Assembly: GCA_027623315.1 (NCBI GenBank)
Contig: JAQBYD010000002.1
Span: forward strand, 52,140 to 116,139
DNA length: 64,000 bases
Direction of reading: 5' to 3'
Origin: Verrucomicrobiota bacterium
GTDB lineage: Bacteria; Verrucomicrobiota; Kiritimatiellia; CAJWTS01
Under the pieces are notes generated by a model that was given only the letters and a program-made list of their open reading frames with translations, was not told the DNA's origin and ran no database searches. The position numbers and the translations under genes are program-made. Of the stretch, positions 29,856-43,172 are shown piece after piece. Numbering within the stretch: the stretch's first letter is position 1; every line of letters starts with the position of its first letter.

Positions 29856-30999
29856 AATGTCAGATATCGAAACGGAAATCCCCACGGTCATCATCGGTGG
29901 CGGTGTCGCCGGGGCGAGTGCGGCGATCGTGCTCGCGCGCGAAGGGCGCGAGGTGGTGCTGCTGGAGAAGGAGCCGCAACCTTCGCACAAGGTCTGCGGA
30001 GAGTTCTTGAGTCCGGAGACGATTCCGATGCTGGGTGACCTCGGTGTGGACCCACGCGCGTTGGGTGGTGTTCCGATTCAGCGTGTGAGACTGGTCTCCC
30101 GTTTCGGGCGGGCTTGTGCCGACTTGACCCCCGCCGGGACCGGGCTGTCGCGCTTCGCGCTGGATCGTGCGCTGCTGGATGTTGCGCGCGGCCATGGTGC
30201 CGAGATTCGCAGGGGCTGTACCGTGCGTGGCTATGGGCCTGATGTGCATGGCTACCGCGTGGAGACGACGGATGGAGACGTATCCGCTTCACGGGTGATC
30301 CTGGCCTCGGGCAAGCACGAGTTGCCGGGGATCAAGGTGCGCGGCGGGGTAGGGCGCGACGCGATCGGTTTCAAGATGCATTGGGACCCAGGCGCCGCGG
30401 CGATGGAACGCCTGGGCTCCGATGTCTTGATGGTCCTTTACCGGGGCGGGTACGCGGGCTTGTGCGCGGTTGAAGGCGGGCGGCTGAATCTGTGCCTGAT
30501 CGCGCACAAGGAGCATTTCCGGAGATGTGGAGGTTCCTTCGCGGGTCTGTTGGAGTGGCTGACGCGGCGGCGGCCTGTGTTGGGCGAGATTTTGGGTCAC
30601 GCCCGCATGCTCTGGGAGCGGCCCGTCACGGTTTCCAATATTCCCTACGGCTACGTCTACAGCGAAGCGCTCTGCGGCGGGCGCTGCGACGGTGAATATC
30701 ACGTGGGTGATCAGTTCGGCGTGGTGCCATCGCTGGCCGGCACCGGTATGGCGATCGCGCTCGTGACAGGATGCGCGGCGGCGCGTGGAATTCTGAACGG
30801 GCGAGGCAGTCACGATGTACACAGGTCCGTTCGAGAAGATCTCGAGCCGACGATCCGGTTTATGCATCGAATTCATCGGTTGTGCGGCAATCCCGTGCTG
30901 GCCGAGATCGCAGTGGCCGGACTCCGCGCGGCGCCGGGTCTGCTCAAACGGCTCGTGGCTGCGAGCCGGGTGGCGGCACCGGCCGGCGGCGCCCCGTGA
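29845..30999 (+). CDS. FAD-dependent oxidoreductase, geranylgeranyl-reductase family
   Basis: N-terminal dinucleotide motif VIIGGGVAGASAAIVLA…VVLLEK and the family-typical KVCGEFLSPE segment. Overlaps the methyltransferase gene by 11 nt. Confidence 0.7.
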   Translation: MKGRMSDIETEIPTVIIGGGVAGASAAIVLAREGREVVLLEKEPQPSHKVCGEFLSPETIPMLGDLGVDPRALGGVPIQRVRLVSRFGRACADLTPAGTGLSRFALDRALLDVARGHGAEIRRGCTVRGYGPDVHGYRVETTDGDVSASRVILASGKHELPGIKVRGGVGRDAIGFKMHWDPGAAAMERLGSDVLMVLYRGGYAGLCAVEGGRLNLCLIAHKEHFRRCGGSFAGLLEWLTRRRPVLGEILGHARMLWERPVTVSNIPYGYVYSEALCGGRCDGEYHVGDQFGVVPSLAGTGMAIALVTGCAAARGILNGRGSHDVHRSVREDLEPTIRFMHRIHRLCGNPVLAEIAVAGLRAAPGLLKRLVAASRVAAPAGGAP

Positions 31000-31175
31000 A
31001 AGCGGCGAGACGCCGCTTCTACTTTGCGGGTAATCGGGGTTAGATGTCTGCCACGTCGACCGTCCGCTCGAGCGCACCGCGGCACGAGGCGGAGCATAAA
31101 TTCCCTGGCACTGTAGCGCTTGCGAATTAGGGTGAATCGTGTAACACTGAGTGCGTCGAACAAAGTGCGTGAACT

Positions 31176-31439
31176 ATGAGTAGAGAAGACTTGGAACAAT
31201 CATTGGACGGGCTGCGCGAGGAAATCGCGAAGCTGGCCGATACGGATGTGGCCAAGGAACGCCTGGGCGCCCTCCTGGCCAGTCTCGAGCGTCAGCTCGA
31301 TGACACGATCGATAGCGACGAGGATGACTCTGTGGTGGAGCAGGTCCAGTCGCAGATCGAGCATTTCGAAGTCGAGCATCCCCACGTGACTGCGATCCTG
31401 AACCGGATCATGGTCACGTTAAGCAATATGGGGATCTAG
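31176..31439 (+). CDS. DUF4404-like small acidic protein
   Basis: 87 aa, helical and acidic, ending …HFEVEHPHVTAILNRIMVTLSNMGI. Confidence 0.45.
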   Translation: MSREDLEQSLDGLREEIAKLADTDVAKERLGALLASLERQLDDTIDSDEDDSVVEQVQSQIEHFEVEHPHVTAILNRIMVTLSNMGI

Positions 31440-31456
31440 GAGGCTGGCGGACACAG

Positions 31457-31690
31457 GTTTTGGGCCCGCGAATCACGCGAATCCACACGAATCTCCAGAG
31501 TGGAGAGACCGCGGATGGCGCGGATATGCGCGGATACGTTCGCGGTGGAGCAGTGTAGATCAGGGCGATCGGAGATCGCCCTGATCTACACTGCTGTATC
31601 CGGTTAAACCTCCTTAGCCGTAATCCGCGGTTTCATCTTCGTCTCCATTCGTGAAGCTTCGCGTGATTCGTGGGCTCCTCCTCTTTCGGA
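31457..31690. mobile_element. Family-B repeat carrying a nested MITE-like insert (about 116 bp, 31515-31630) with GCGCGGAT-type terminal inverted repeats and an internal 20-bp perfect hairpin
   Basis: …ttttgggcccgcgaatcacgcgaatccacacgaatctccagagtggagagaccgcgg[atggcgcggatatgcgcggatacg…cagtgtagatcagggcgatc gga gatcgccctgatctacactg…ccttagccgtaatccgcgg]tttcatc… Ends with gcgtgattcgtgggc. Confidence 0.6.
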
Positions 31691-31989
31691 GTTCGATTTC
31701 ACCCTCGAGTGATCCGGCGGGGCAAGCTGTGCGATATTGCGCCTCTTCAAGGTGAAAATTAGTGCTTGCACTCCTTTCCCCACTCGGGTAAGTTCCCTCC
31801 CGTGACGATGCATTAAGGCGTTATTTCGCCGGCGCATTCAATCGCACTCTAAGCGATTATCTGTCACCGCAGAGCGAGCTTCCCGCGTTTGTTTCAAGAC
31901 GGGATGCCGTATTGCCGCGAAATTTGCGGTCCTTTCTTTTCCACGTGTCCGGCGGGTAGAGAACTGTAGAACCCCGGACTGAGGAAAAC

Positions 31990-33351
31990 ATGAAAGAACA
32001 TGCAAGCGCGCCTGGCGCGCGTGCGGAGCATTCCGCACAAAAATCACCATCACCGCAGGGCGTCTTTGGCGCCCTGGCCCCGGAACTTCAGCGTTCCGTG
32101 GCTGCCGCGGGATATGTAACCCCCACGCCCATCCAGGATCAGTGCATTCGGCACCTGCTGGAAGGACGAGACCTTCTGGGCACAGCCCAGACGGGTACCG
32201 GCAAGACTGCCGCGTTTACCCTGCCGCTGCTTCAGCGGCTCGCCGGCCACTCGAGTAGACCCCGCCGGGGCACTCCTCGAGCTTTGATCCTCGCTCCCAC
32301 CCGCGAACTCGCGGCGCAGATCGAGGAGAGTATTCGGACCTACGGCCGCTACTTAAACCTGGCCCATGCCGTGATATTCGGCGGGGTCAGCCAATTCCAC
32401 CAGGTGAAGGCGTTGAACCGCGGGGTCGATATCCTGGTCGCGACTCCGGGCCGGCTGCTGGATCTTATGGAGCAGGGATATATCCACTTGAATGAGGTGG
32501 AGGTCTTTATTCTCGATGAAGGGGACCGCATGCTCGACATGGGCTTCATGCCCGACGTCAAGCGCATCCTGGCAAAGCTTCCAACCAAACGTCAGACCCT
32601 CTTCTTCTCCGCCACGATGCCTCCCAAGATGGAGCAGTTGGCCAAGACGATGGTCCAGGACCCGGTGCGGGTTGCGATTACGCCCGAGAAGCTGACGGTC
32701 GATCGCGTCGTCCAGAAGGTGCTCTTCGTCGGCAAGAACAACAAGGATGCTCTGCTGGTTTCCCTGTTGGAAGGCACCAAGATCGATAAGGCGGTCATAT
32801 TCACCCAGATGAAGCACGTGGCCAACCGCGTCGTGAAGAAATTGGCCGATGCGGGAATCCACGGCACGGCTATTCACGGCAACAAGAGCCAGGCCGCGCG
32901 CACGAAGGCCCTCGATGGATTCAAGCGCGGGCGCTATCGCGTGCTGGTGGCGACCGATGTCGCCGCGCGTGGGTTGGATATCGACGACGTCACGCATGTC
33001 ATCAATTACGATCTCCCGATGGAAGCTGAGACCTACGTGCATCGTATCGGCCGCACGGCTCGCGCGGGAGCGGATGGCGACGCCATTTCGCTCTGCACTG
33101 CCGAGGACCGGCCGTACCTTCGCGGGATTGAGCGCCTGCTTGGAAACCCGGTCCCCGCGGACATGGAGCATGCGTACCATTGCGAAGACGCCGTTAACTC
33201 GACGAAGGCCGCACCTGCGAACTACGGTCGTGGAAGCGGCGGCGGCAATCGTGGCGGCAATCGCGGCGGCAACGGCGGTGGGGGCCGAAGCGGACGTCCC
33301 CAGCGCAACTTCAGTCGCTCGCGCAGCCGGACCAGCGGCCGCACCTGGTAA
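31990..33351 (+). CDS. DEAD-box ATP-dependent RNA helicase (RhlE-like) with C-terminal RGG/Gly-Arg-rich tail
   Basis: Q-motif, GTGKTAAF (motif I), DEGD (motif II; Ala replaced by Gly), SAT, HRIGRTARAG. Tail GRGSGGGNRGGNRGGNGGGGRSGRP. Confidence 0.9.
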   Translation: MKEHASAPGARAEHSAQKSPSPQGVFGALAPELQRSVAAAGYVTPTPIQDQCIRHLLEGRDLLGTAQTGTGKTAAFTLPLLQRLAGHSSRPRRGTPRALILAPTRELAAQIEESIRTYGRYLNLAHAVIFGGVSQFHQVKALNRGVDILVATPGRLLDLMEQGYIHLNEVEVFILDEGDRMLDMGFMPDVKRILAKLPTKRQTLFFSATMPPKMEQLAKTMVQDPVRVAITPEKLTVDRVVQKVLFVGKNNKDALLVSLLEGTKIDKAVIFTQMKHVANRVVKKLADAGIHGTAIHGNKSQAARTKALDGFKRGRYRVLVATDVAARGLDIDDVTHVINYDLPMEAETYVHRIGRTARAGADGDAISLCTAEDRPYLRGIERLLGNPVPADMEHAYHCEDAVNSTKAAPANYGRGSGGGNRGGNRGGNGGGGRSGRPQRNFSRSRSRTSGRTW

Positions 33352-33666
33352 TCGATCGAGAATTGGCGTGGGCGCGAGGTTGGCGGCCTGATGAACATCT
33401 GGAAGCGAATTCTGATCGCTGCCCTGTTCATTGGGTCGGGGTACTGCATCGCGCGCACGGCAAGTGGGGGACTGCTGCAGGGCCTCGCGGTCTTGCTGAT
33501 CGGATTCGAGAAGATCGCGCCCGAGGAATCGCGAAGAAATGTCCACTCGCCGCGGCGTACGGCAGCGTAAACCAGCTCTACAATCGTGCTTTGCCACGCA
33601 TGCATCACTTGCGTCTTGTGGATGGCGGAGCCCATACGGTCTGGCTCTCCGTTTTGTGCCCGGGAC

Positions 33667-34698
<1,032 letters not shown>

Positions 34699-34959
34699 TT
34701 AAGCCGTCGCGGCGACGACCTCATCGACGCGTATGCGCTTGCCACTTTTTTCGAAGCGTACGATTCCCGGCGTCAGTGCGAAGAGGGTGTCGTCGCCGCC
34801 GCGCTTGACGTTGCGTCCGGCGCTGACCTTCGTTCCGCGCTGGCGGATCAGGATCGTTCCGGCGGTGACGGTTTGCCCGTCATATCGTTTTACACCGAGT
34901 CGCTTTGAGGCGCTGTCGCGTCCGTTCTTTGCTGCTCCGGCACTTTTCTTATGCGCCAT
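34699..34959 (-). CDS. rpmA: 50S ribosomal protein L27
   Basis: [29 protein letters not shown]… Start set at the internal Met of the longer ORF. Confidence 0.9.
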   Translation of the reverse strand: MAHKKSAGAAKNGRDSASKRLGVKRYDGQTVTAGTILIRQRGTKVSAGRNVKRGGDDTLFALTPGIVRFEKSGKRIRVDEVVAATA

Positions 34960-35082
34960 GATGCTACTCCAGTTCCAGTTGTTTCCCGAGCGTCGCGGCC
35001 GGGCTGTTCTTAAAAGTGCACCTGGAACAGTCGGCGACAAGCGCCGGACCGTCCAGGTTCCCCCTTACACATGTTCCCACAA

Positions 35083-35397
35083 TTACTTAATCGTATCGAT
35101 CTGGAGCGTCGTCAGTTCCTGACGATGGCCGACCTTGCGCGTATAGCCCTTGCGGCGATTCTTCTTGAAGGCCACGAGCTTGGGGCCGCGCAGATGATCA
35201 ATAACTCTCGCGTAAACCTTGACTCCTTTGACGTTCGGCGTACCGACGTTGAGGGTCTTGCCATCCGACACGGCGAGCACGTGCTCGAAATTCACTTCCT
35301 GCCCGGCATCAATGTCGAGGTGTTCGACCTGCAGCTTGTCTCCAGACTTGACGCGGTACTGTTTTCCACCGGTCTCGATTACGGCATACGATTCCAT
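35083..35397 (-). CDS. rplU: 50S ribosomal protein L21
   Basis: MESYAVIETGGKQYRVKSGDKL… Sits in the conserved rplU-rpmA-obg arrangement. Confidence 0.9.
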   Translation of the reverse strand: MESYAVIETGGKQYRVKSGDKLQVEHLDIDAGQEVNFEHVLAVSDGKTLNVGTPNVKGVKVYARVIDHLRGPKLVAFKKNRRKGYTRKVGHRQELTTLQIDTIK

Positions 35398-35491
35398 GAT
35401 TTCCTGTCTTTCAATCTCAGGGTCGGTGTTCTTTCAACTCAGTGCGGCTAATGAAATTACGACAAGCACGATTGTCTGTCAATCGCCGGCG

Positions 35492-35956
35492 TCATTTTTG
35501 TTGAGATTGGGCGCTCCCGGTCGTGGAATCGGGTTTTTCCGGCGCAATCAGGCCGTTTGGGCTGTTTGGGCCGATCCAGACCTCGACCCCGTCCACCGGC
35601 TCAGGCGCCTCGTCGCGGCTGGAGTTGATGACGATCATGGCGGCGGCGGCGAGCAGAATCAGGGTCAGGGCGACGATGATGGAAACGAGTATGTGATGCG
35701 TTTCGACCCAGTGAATGACGGGATGCGTGTAGGCGCGAACAATCTCCTCGCGCCGTTCCTCGGTCAGCTGCGCGGCGTCGCCGAGGCGGCCTTCCGAGTC
35801 CAATTTCAGGATGTCGAGCGTCTCATTCAAGTCCTTGGCCACCGTCCGGCAGTTGGGGCAGGACTCCAGGTGAATTCGGATCGTATCGGAAACGGCGCCG
35901 GTCGTTTCCTTCGAGATGTAATCGGTCAGACGGTTCTGGATGTCCGAGCAGTTCAT
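35492..35956 (-). CDS. Anti-sigma factor, zf-HC2 type (N-terminal zinc finger, single TM)
   Basis: HLESCPNCR (H-x3-C-x2-C) and a TM helix (ILVSIIVALTLILLAAAAMIV). Overlaps the upstream ECF sigma gene by 4 nt. Confidence 0.65.
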   Translation of the reverse strand: MNCSDIQNRLTDYISKETTGAVSDTIRIHLESCPNCRTVAKDLNETLDILKLDSEGRLGDAAQLTEERREEIVRAYTHPVIHWVETHHILVSIIVALTLILLAAAAMIVINSSRDEAPEPVDGVEVWIGPNSPNGLIAPEKPDSTTGSAQSQQK

Positions 35957-36552
35957 GACGACTCCCTCAACTCCTTGATGCGTTGTGCCAGTTTCTTCAT
36001 CGCGTGATGCAGGATGTACCCGACGTTGCCCTGTCCGAGACCGACGATCTCGCTCATCTCCTTGTATGACTTTTCCTCGTAGACCTTGAGGATCACCAGT
36101 TGACGCTCCCTGATATCCAATACGTCCAGCGCCTTATTCACAAGCTCAGAGGTGTCCTCGTGGTATTCGCGCGGCAGTTCGTCCTTCTCGTCCCGGATCT
36201 TCTGCTCCACCGCGTTGCGATCATGCAGGTCCTGGCGGCGCGACGTTTTGCGGATCATGTCCACGGCGCAGTTGTGCGTGACACGGTAGAGCCAGGCGGA
36301 CATGGGCGGCGACGGGATGTAATCGCCTCGCCAGGAGCGCGATAGCTTGATAAAGGCACATTGTACGGCATCCTGCGCCAGGGCGCTGTTGTTCATGATG
36401 CGTCCTGCGTAACGCAGAAGTGGGGCCTGGTACTCATCCACGATGGCCTCGAACGCTTTGTTGAGTTCGGCGCGGGGTTTCGTCCGGGTTCGGGGTCTCT
36501 GGTTCATGGGCAGGCCATCACTATATCGTTTCCGCAGGCATGACTCCATCAC
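35953..36552 (-). CDS. RNA polymerase ECF-type sigma-70 factor
   Basis: Region 2 (…FIKLSRSW…LYRVTHNCAVDMIRK) and region 4 HTH (…SYKEMSEIVGLGQGNVGYILHHAMKKL). Start may be the internal Met at about 36507. Confidence 0.85.
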   Translation of the reverse strand: MMESCLRKRYSDGLPMNQRPRTRTKPRAELNKAFEAIVDEYQAPLLRYAGRIMNNSALAQDAVQCAFIKLSRSWRGDYIPSPPMSAWLYRVTHNCAVDMIRKTSRRQDLHDRNAVEQKIRDEKDELPREYHEDTSELVNKALDVLDIRERQLVILKVYEEKSYKEMSEIVGLGQGNVGYILHHAMKKLAQRIKELRESS

Positions 36553-36825
36553 TCCGCAGCGCGTGCGCCGGGCGGACCGGTCGACTGGGACGCCGTCGCC
36601 GGTCTCGGCTCGTTGAGGGGTCTCACACTGTAGATACGCGCGCGAACCCGGATTTCTTGACGTGAGACGAAGGAGATCCTCTGTTTCAACGGGCTGCTAG
36701 CCGACCCCGCACGAACGGGGGGTTCAGGTCTCAGCCCTACCGCGGGCCGTGTGGCACGTTTCCGGCGGTTTTACAGGTGAATACCACGCGTGCAGAGGCT
36801 CGCGGGCATTTAGAAATATCAGCGT

Positions 36826-36854
36826 TTGACATTACATATTCGCTTCACTAGATT
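36826..36854 (+). promoter_or_regulatory. Candidate sigma-70-like promoter upstream of hppA
   Basis: TTGACA (36826-36831), 17-bp spacer, TAGATT (36849-36854), about 60 nt upstream of the hppA start. Inferred from the sequence only. Confidence 0.3.
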
Positions 36855-36915
36855 GCGCGGCTTTCAGACCCGCCTCGGAGGGCTGATACAACTCACCAAC
36901 GAAGGGATAAGCAGT

Positions 36916-39308
<2,393 letters not shown>

Positions 39309-39309
<1 letters not shown>

Positions 39310-40082
39310 TGCAGCTCTTGTTCCTCGGTACCGGTACGTCGGTTGGCGTACCGGCGATCGGGTGCGCGTGCGCAGTCTGCCGGTCCGACGACCCGCGTAA
39401 CAAGCGGCTCCGGCCGAGCGTCGTGGTGGAGTCGGGTGAGACGCGGATCCTGGTCGACACCTCACCGGATCTGCGAACCCAGGCGTTGACGCACGGGCTC
39501 AGCCGCATCAGTGCGGTCCTGATCACGCACACGCACGCGGACCATATTTTCGGGTTCGATGACGTGCGCGGTTTCAACGTTCACGGCGCGTCGGCGACCC
39601 CGGTGTATGGTATTCCAGACGCCATCGCCGATATGCGTCGCATCTTCCCCTACGTGCTCGGCGACCCGGACGAACCGGGGCGCTACCGCGCCAACGTGGA
39701 GTTCGTGGAGGTGTCGGGCCGCTTCGAAGTGGGCCCGATCCGGATTCAACCGATCCCGGTGATTCACCATCCGCATCCCACGATCGGCTACCTCTTCGAA
39801 GACGCGGGCAAGCGGATCGCCTATGTTCCCGATGCCAGCGACGTGTCGGACGAAACGGTGGAAATGCTGACCGGCGTCGATATCATGATCCTGGACGGGC
39901 TGCGCCATCGTCCTCACTTCTCGCACATGACCGTGGAGCAGTCCGTGGGCATCCTGCGTCGCATTGGCGCCGGCCAATCGTACTTGACCCACATGTGCCA
40001 CGACCTGGATCACGCTGAGACCGAGCGCGATCTGCCCGACACCATCCGCCTCGCCTACGACGGCCTGGTTCTCGAACTCTAG
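39309..40082 (+). CDS. MBL-fold metallo-hydrolase (PhnP-like)
   Basis: HTHADH motif (…VLITHTHADHIFG…) with N-terminal Cys cluster (GCACAVC). Confidence 0.8.
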
Positions 40083-40142
40083 CCCGGATATCTCACACTT
40101 TTCCTACTACGAACACGGATAGCTCCGTCAGGCTTGAAACCT

Positions 40143-40436
40143 CCCCAGAATTTGGGCCCCCTGTACCAGAGCTTCGTACCCCCGCCCGGCGCGGGGCGAG
40201 CTCAGCACGGTACAGGGCAGGCACGAATCACCCGAATCGACACGAATGTCCAGAGCGGAGAGACCGCGGATAGCGCGGATGGGCGCGGATACTTTCGATT
40301 TGGAGCAGAGCGTATTGACCGCAAGGAGCACGGAGATCGCCCTGATCTACACTGCTGTATCCGGTTAGACCTCCTTAGCCGTAATCCGCGCCCATCCGCG
40401 CCCATCCGCGGTTCTATCTCTGTCTGCACTCGCGGG
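40143..40436. mobile_element. Family-B repeat with nested MITE-like insert (about 141 bp, 40270-40410) and an extra 5' palindromic module
   Basis: …tttgggcccc…cacgaatcacccgaatcgacacgaatgtccagagcggagagaccgcgg[atagcgcggatgggcgcggatac…ttgaccgcaaggagcacggagatcgccctgatctacactgctgtatccggttagacctccttagccgtaatccgcgcccatccgcgcccatccgcg]gttctatctctgtctg. Lies between convergent MBL-hydrolase and CaCA genes. Confidence 0.6.
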
Positions 40437-40522
40437 GCACCAGACGCTCGTGCCCCAACGCTCGCAATGTTCTACCAGAGTCGCTTCGCTCCGAGGACGA
40501 GCTCGAGGACGAAGTTTCGATC

Positions 40523-41521
40523 TCATCTTAGTGCGATGAAAAAGCTTGCGAGGTAGACCAGGTAGAGCACCAGCATGATGATTCCCTTGGGGCGGTTGAA
40601 GCTGTAGCCGATCCGGAGCAGGATCAGCATCGTGGCGACGATCACGAACATCCACGGAAACATGAATAATGCATCGGCTCGCGCGACCGTCAGGTCGTTG
40701 GCGATGGCGGATGCGCCCGCCACCCAGCAGATGTTCATGATATCCGCCCCCAGGATATTCCCGACGGCGAGCGCACCCTCGTTCTTGCGCGCCGCGACGA
40801 CGCAGGTCGCGATCTCGGGCATGGAGGTGCCGAAGGCCACCAGGACCAGCGCCACGACGGTTTCCGGGACGCCGAATTTAATGGCGATGCATTCCGCGGA
40901 GGTGATGATGAACTCGCTCGTGATCAGGATTCCGCCTATGCCGACGACGAACAGGGCGACATCCACCCAAAGTGAGCGCACGTTGTGGCTGACGTCGACC
41001 AGCGCATTGTCCTCGACGATGACGCCCTTTTTGTGCTGCCGATACAGATAAACGGTGTATGCGACGAACACGGCGATCAGCACGCTGCCTTCAATACGCG
41101 ACAGGGTTGGGGGCCGATCGAAGATGATGAAGAGGAAGCTAAGCGCACAGACGAACGCAAGCACGGCCCCGGTCGACTTGAGCAGACGCGGGTTGATGGC
41201 TATGGCCGCCGGTGCAAAGATGCCGCACAGGGCCAGCGCGAGCCCATCGTCGCAGATCACCGAACCGATCGCATTGCCGAGAGCCATCTCGGGTAGTCCT
41301 TTCAACGCAGACATGAGCGATACGGCGAGTTCAGGGGAGGTCGTTGCCAGCGAGACCAACACCAGCCCGATGACCAGCCTTGGGACCTTGAACTTGTTGG
41401 CGAGCTCGATCGAACTGTCGACGAACAGGTTTGCGCACTTGGCCAGCACCGCGAAAGAGATGACGAGCACGACCACAGCGGCCGGCAGACTGCCTTGAAT
41501 AATCTCCTGGAGTGCGTGCAT
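40523..41521 (-). CDS. Ca2+/cation antiporter, CaCA family (YrbG-like)
   Basis: Two alpha-repeat regions (GNAIGSVICD…, GNILGADIMN…), about 10 TM. Start set at MHALQEII; the N-terminal extension of the listed ORF looks non-coding. Confidence 0.8.
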   Translation of the reverse strand: MHALQEIIQGSLPAAVVVLVISFAVLAKCANLFVDSSIELANKFKVPRLVIGLVLVSLATTSPELAVSLMSALKGLPEMALGNAIGSVICDDGLALALCGIFAPAAIAINPRLLKSTGAVLAFVCALSFLFIIFDRPPTLSRIEGSVLIAVFVAYTVYLYRQHKKGVIVEDNALVDVSHNVRSLWVDVALFVVGIGGILITSEFIITSAECIAIKFGVPETVVALVLVAFGTSMPEIATCVVAARKNEGALAVGNILGADIMNICWVAGASAIANDLTVARADALFMFPWMFVIVATMLILLRIGYSFNRPKGIIMLVLYLVYLASFFIALR

Positions 41522-41644
41522 ACGCGGCACTATCAAGGATGACGAATCGATTGTCGAATGTCGATTGGCGCAGTCGGGACTGGACGCTGCCCGCCGGCGT
41601 CTGGCACTCTTCCGGTCAAGCGGCACCTTGATGCGGCTAAGGAC

Positions 41645-42433
41645 ATGTCCAACCTCTTTGACAGCCACCTTCATTTCGACGGTCTCACGCACGAGGGTGG
41701 CCCCGAAGCCGCCATCGCACGCGCACTTGCCGCCGGCGTGACGCGCATGATCGCGATCGGCGGCGACGATCCGTGCAATGCCTACGCCGTCAAGACCGCC
41801 GCCACCCACTCGGAGCACGTGCGCGCCACGGTGGGATACGATCGTGGCCAGGCCGGCGCGCCCTATCGCGTGGATGCGTTACGCGAGCACCTCGATTCGC
41901 AGGGCGGCGTGGTGGCGATTGGAGAGACCGGGTTGGACTATCACCACGACGCCGATACCGCGGATGCCCAGAAAGCGTTGCTGAGTGATATGCTGAGCCT
42001 GGCGCGCGATTACCGGCTTCCCGTGGTGATTCACTCCCGCGAGGCGGACGAGGACACCGAACGGATGTTGTGTGAGCACGCGGCTGCATGGGATGGCGCG
42101 GCGGATCGGATCGGGGTCTTGCATTGCTACACGCGCGGAGTCGCTTTTGCCGAACGACTGCTGGCGGCCGGGTATTTCATCAGTCTGAGTGGCATCGTCT
42201 CTTTCGCCAGTGCCGATGCGTTGCGCGAGGTCGCGCGTATGGTGCCCGAGGATCGATTATTGATCGAAACGGACGCGCCCTACCTGGCTCCCATTCCGAT
42301 GCGCGGGAAGCGCAACGAGCCGGCGTTCGTGCGCCACGTGGCTGAATGCGTGGCGCAGGTGCGAGGACAGACCGTCGAGGAGATCGCCGAACTCACGTGG
42401 CAAAACGGGTCGCGCCTTTTCGGCTGGGAGTAG
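41645..42433 (+). CDS. tatD: TatD-family metal-dependent hydrolase/DNase
   Basis: DSHLHFD, …IGETGLDYHH…, …ETDAPYL… Start set at MSNLFDSHLH. Confidence 0.85.
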   Translation: MSNLFDSHLHFDGLTHEGGPEAAIARALAAGVTRMIAIGGDDPCNAYAVKTAATHSEHVRATVGYDRGQAGAPYRVDALREHLDSQGGVVAIGETGLDYHHDADTADAQKALLSDMLSLARDYRLPVVIHSREADEDTERMLCEHAAAWDGAADRIGVLHCYTRGVAFAERLLAAGYFISLSGIVSFASADALREVARMVPEDRLLIETDAPYLAPIPMRGKRNEPAFVRHVAECVAQVRGQTVEEIAELTWQNGSRLFGWE

Positions 42434-42454
42434 CGACGGCAAGCTGGAGAACGT

Positions 42455-43105
42455 ATGGGAATCCAGATGATAGAAACCGATCCGGTCCAGTACTTTTCCT
42501 GGATCGTGGTTGTGATGTTCTCGATCTGTGTGCATGAGTTCGCTCACGCCTATACCGCTTTAAAGTGCGGCGACGACACCGCCGCGCGGGCGGGACACCT
42601 GTCGCTGAATCCGCTGGTGCAGATGGGCGGCATGTCGCTATTCATGTTGATTCTGATCGGGATCGCATGGGGCGCGGTTCCGGTTGACCGTGACCGAATG
42701 AAGTTTCGTTATGGTGATGCGATCACCTCGTTCGCCGGCCCGCTCTCAAACGTGGTGCTGGCGATCGTCTTCGGTGCCTTGGTCGTGGTCGTCGAGTCGG
42801 TTCTGCCCGAAGGGACGGGGGAGCGCATGATCGCCCTGCAGCTCTGCAATCTTGGAGCGTGGGCGAACGGCACGCTGTTTATTCTGAACATGCTGCCCGC
42901 ACCGCCACTCGATGGGTGGTCCGTCTTCGCGGCGTTCATTCCGGGCATGCGGCGAGTTTCAGACCGCGTCGCAAAGGGTATCACGCTGGCCTTCATTCTG
43001 CTGATCTTCGTGACGCCCGTGGGCATGCTGCTCTGGGGTGGGGGGTACCTCATGAAGGAGTTGATTGTCGCCTCCTGGCGAGGAGTCTTCGGGGTCTTCG
43101 CCTGA
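42455..43105 (+). CDS. Site-2 protease family (M50-like) membrane metallopeptidase, small form
   Basis: HExxH in CVHEFAHAY, second motif LPAPPLDG, four to five TM helices. Confidence 0.65.
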   Translation: MGIQMIETDPVQYFSWIVVVMFSICVHEFAHAYTALKCGDDTAARAGHLSLNPLVQMGGMSLFMLILIGIAWGAVPVDRDRMKFRYGDAITSFAGPLSNVVLAIVFGALVVVVESVLPEGTGERMIALQLCNLGAWANGTLFILNMLPAPPLDGWSVFAAFIPGMRRVSDRVAKGITLAFILLIFVTPVGMLLWGGGYLMKELIVASWRGVFGVFA

Positions 43106-43172
43106 GACTTGGCGATTGATTCTGACGCCGTCTCGCGCTTAAGGTGGCGTCTGCTCGAGACTCGGGGAAAGT

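Noticed and set aside
33391-33570. Unlisted 59-aa ORF (MNIWKRILIAALFIGSGYCIARTASGGLLQGLAVLLIGFEKIAPEESRR…) between the helicase and obg, resembling a DUF2065-type small membrane protein
   Set aside because: Too short and too weakly similar to call. Could be real but unsupported without conservation data.
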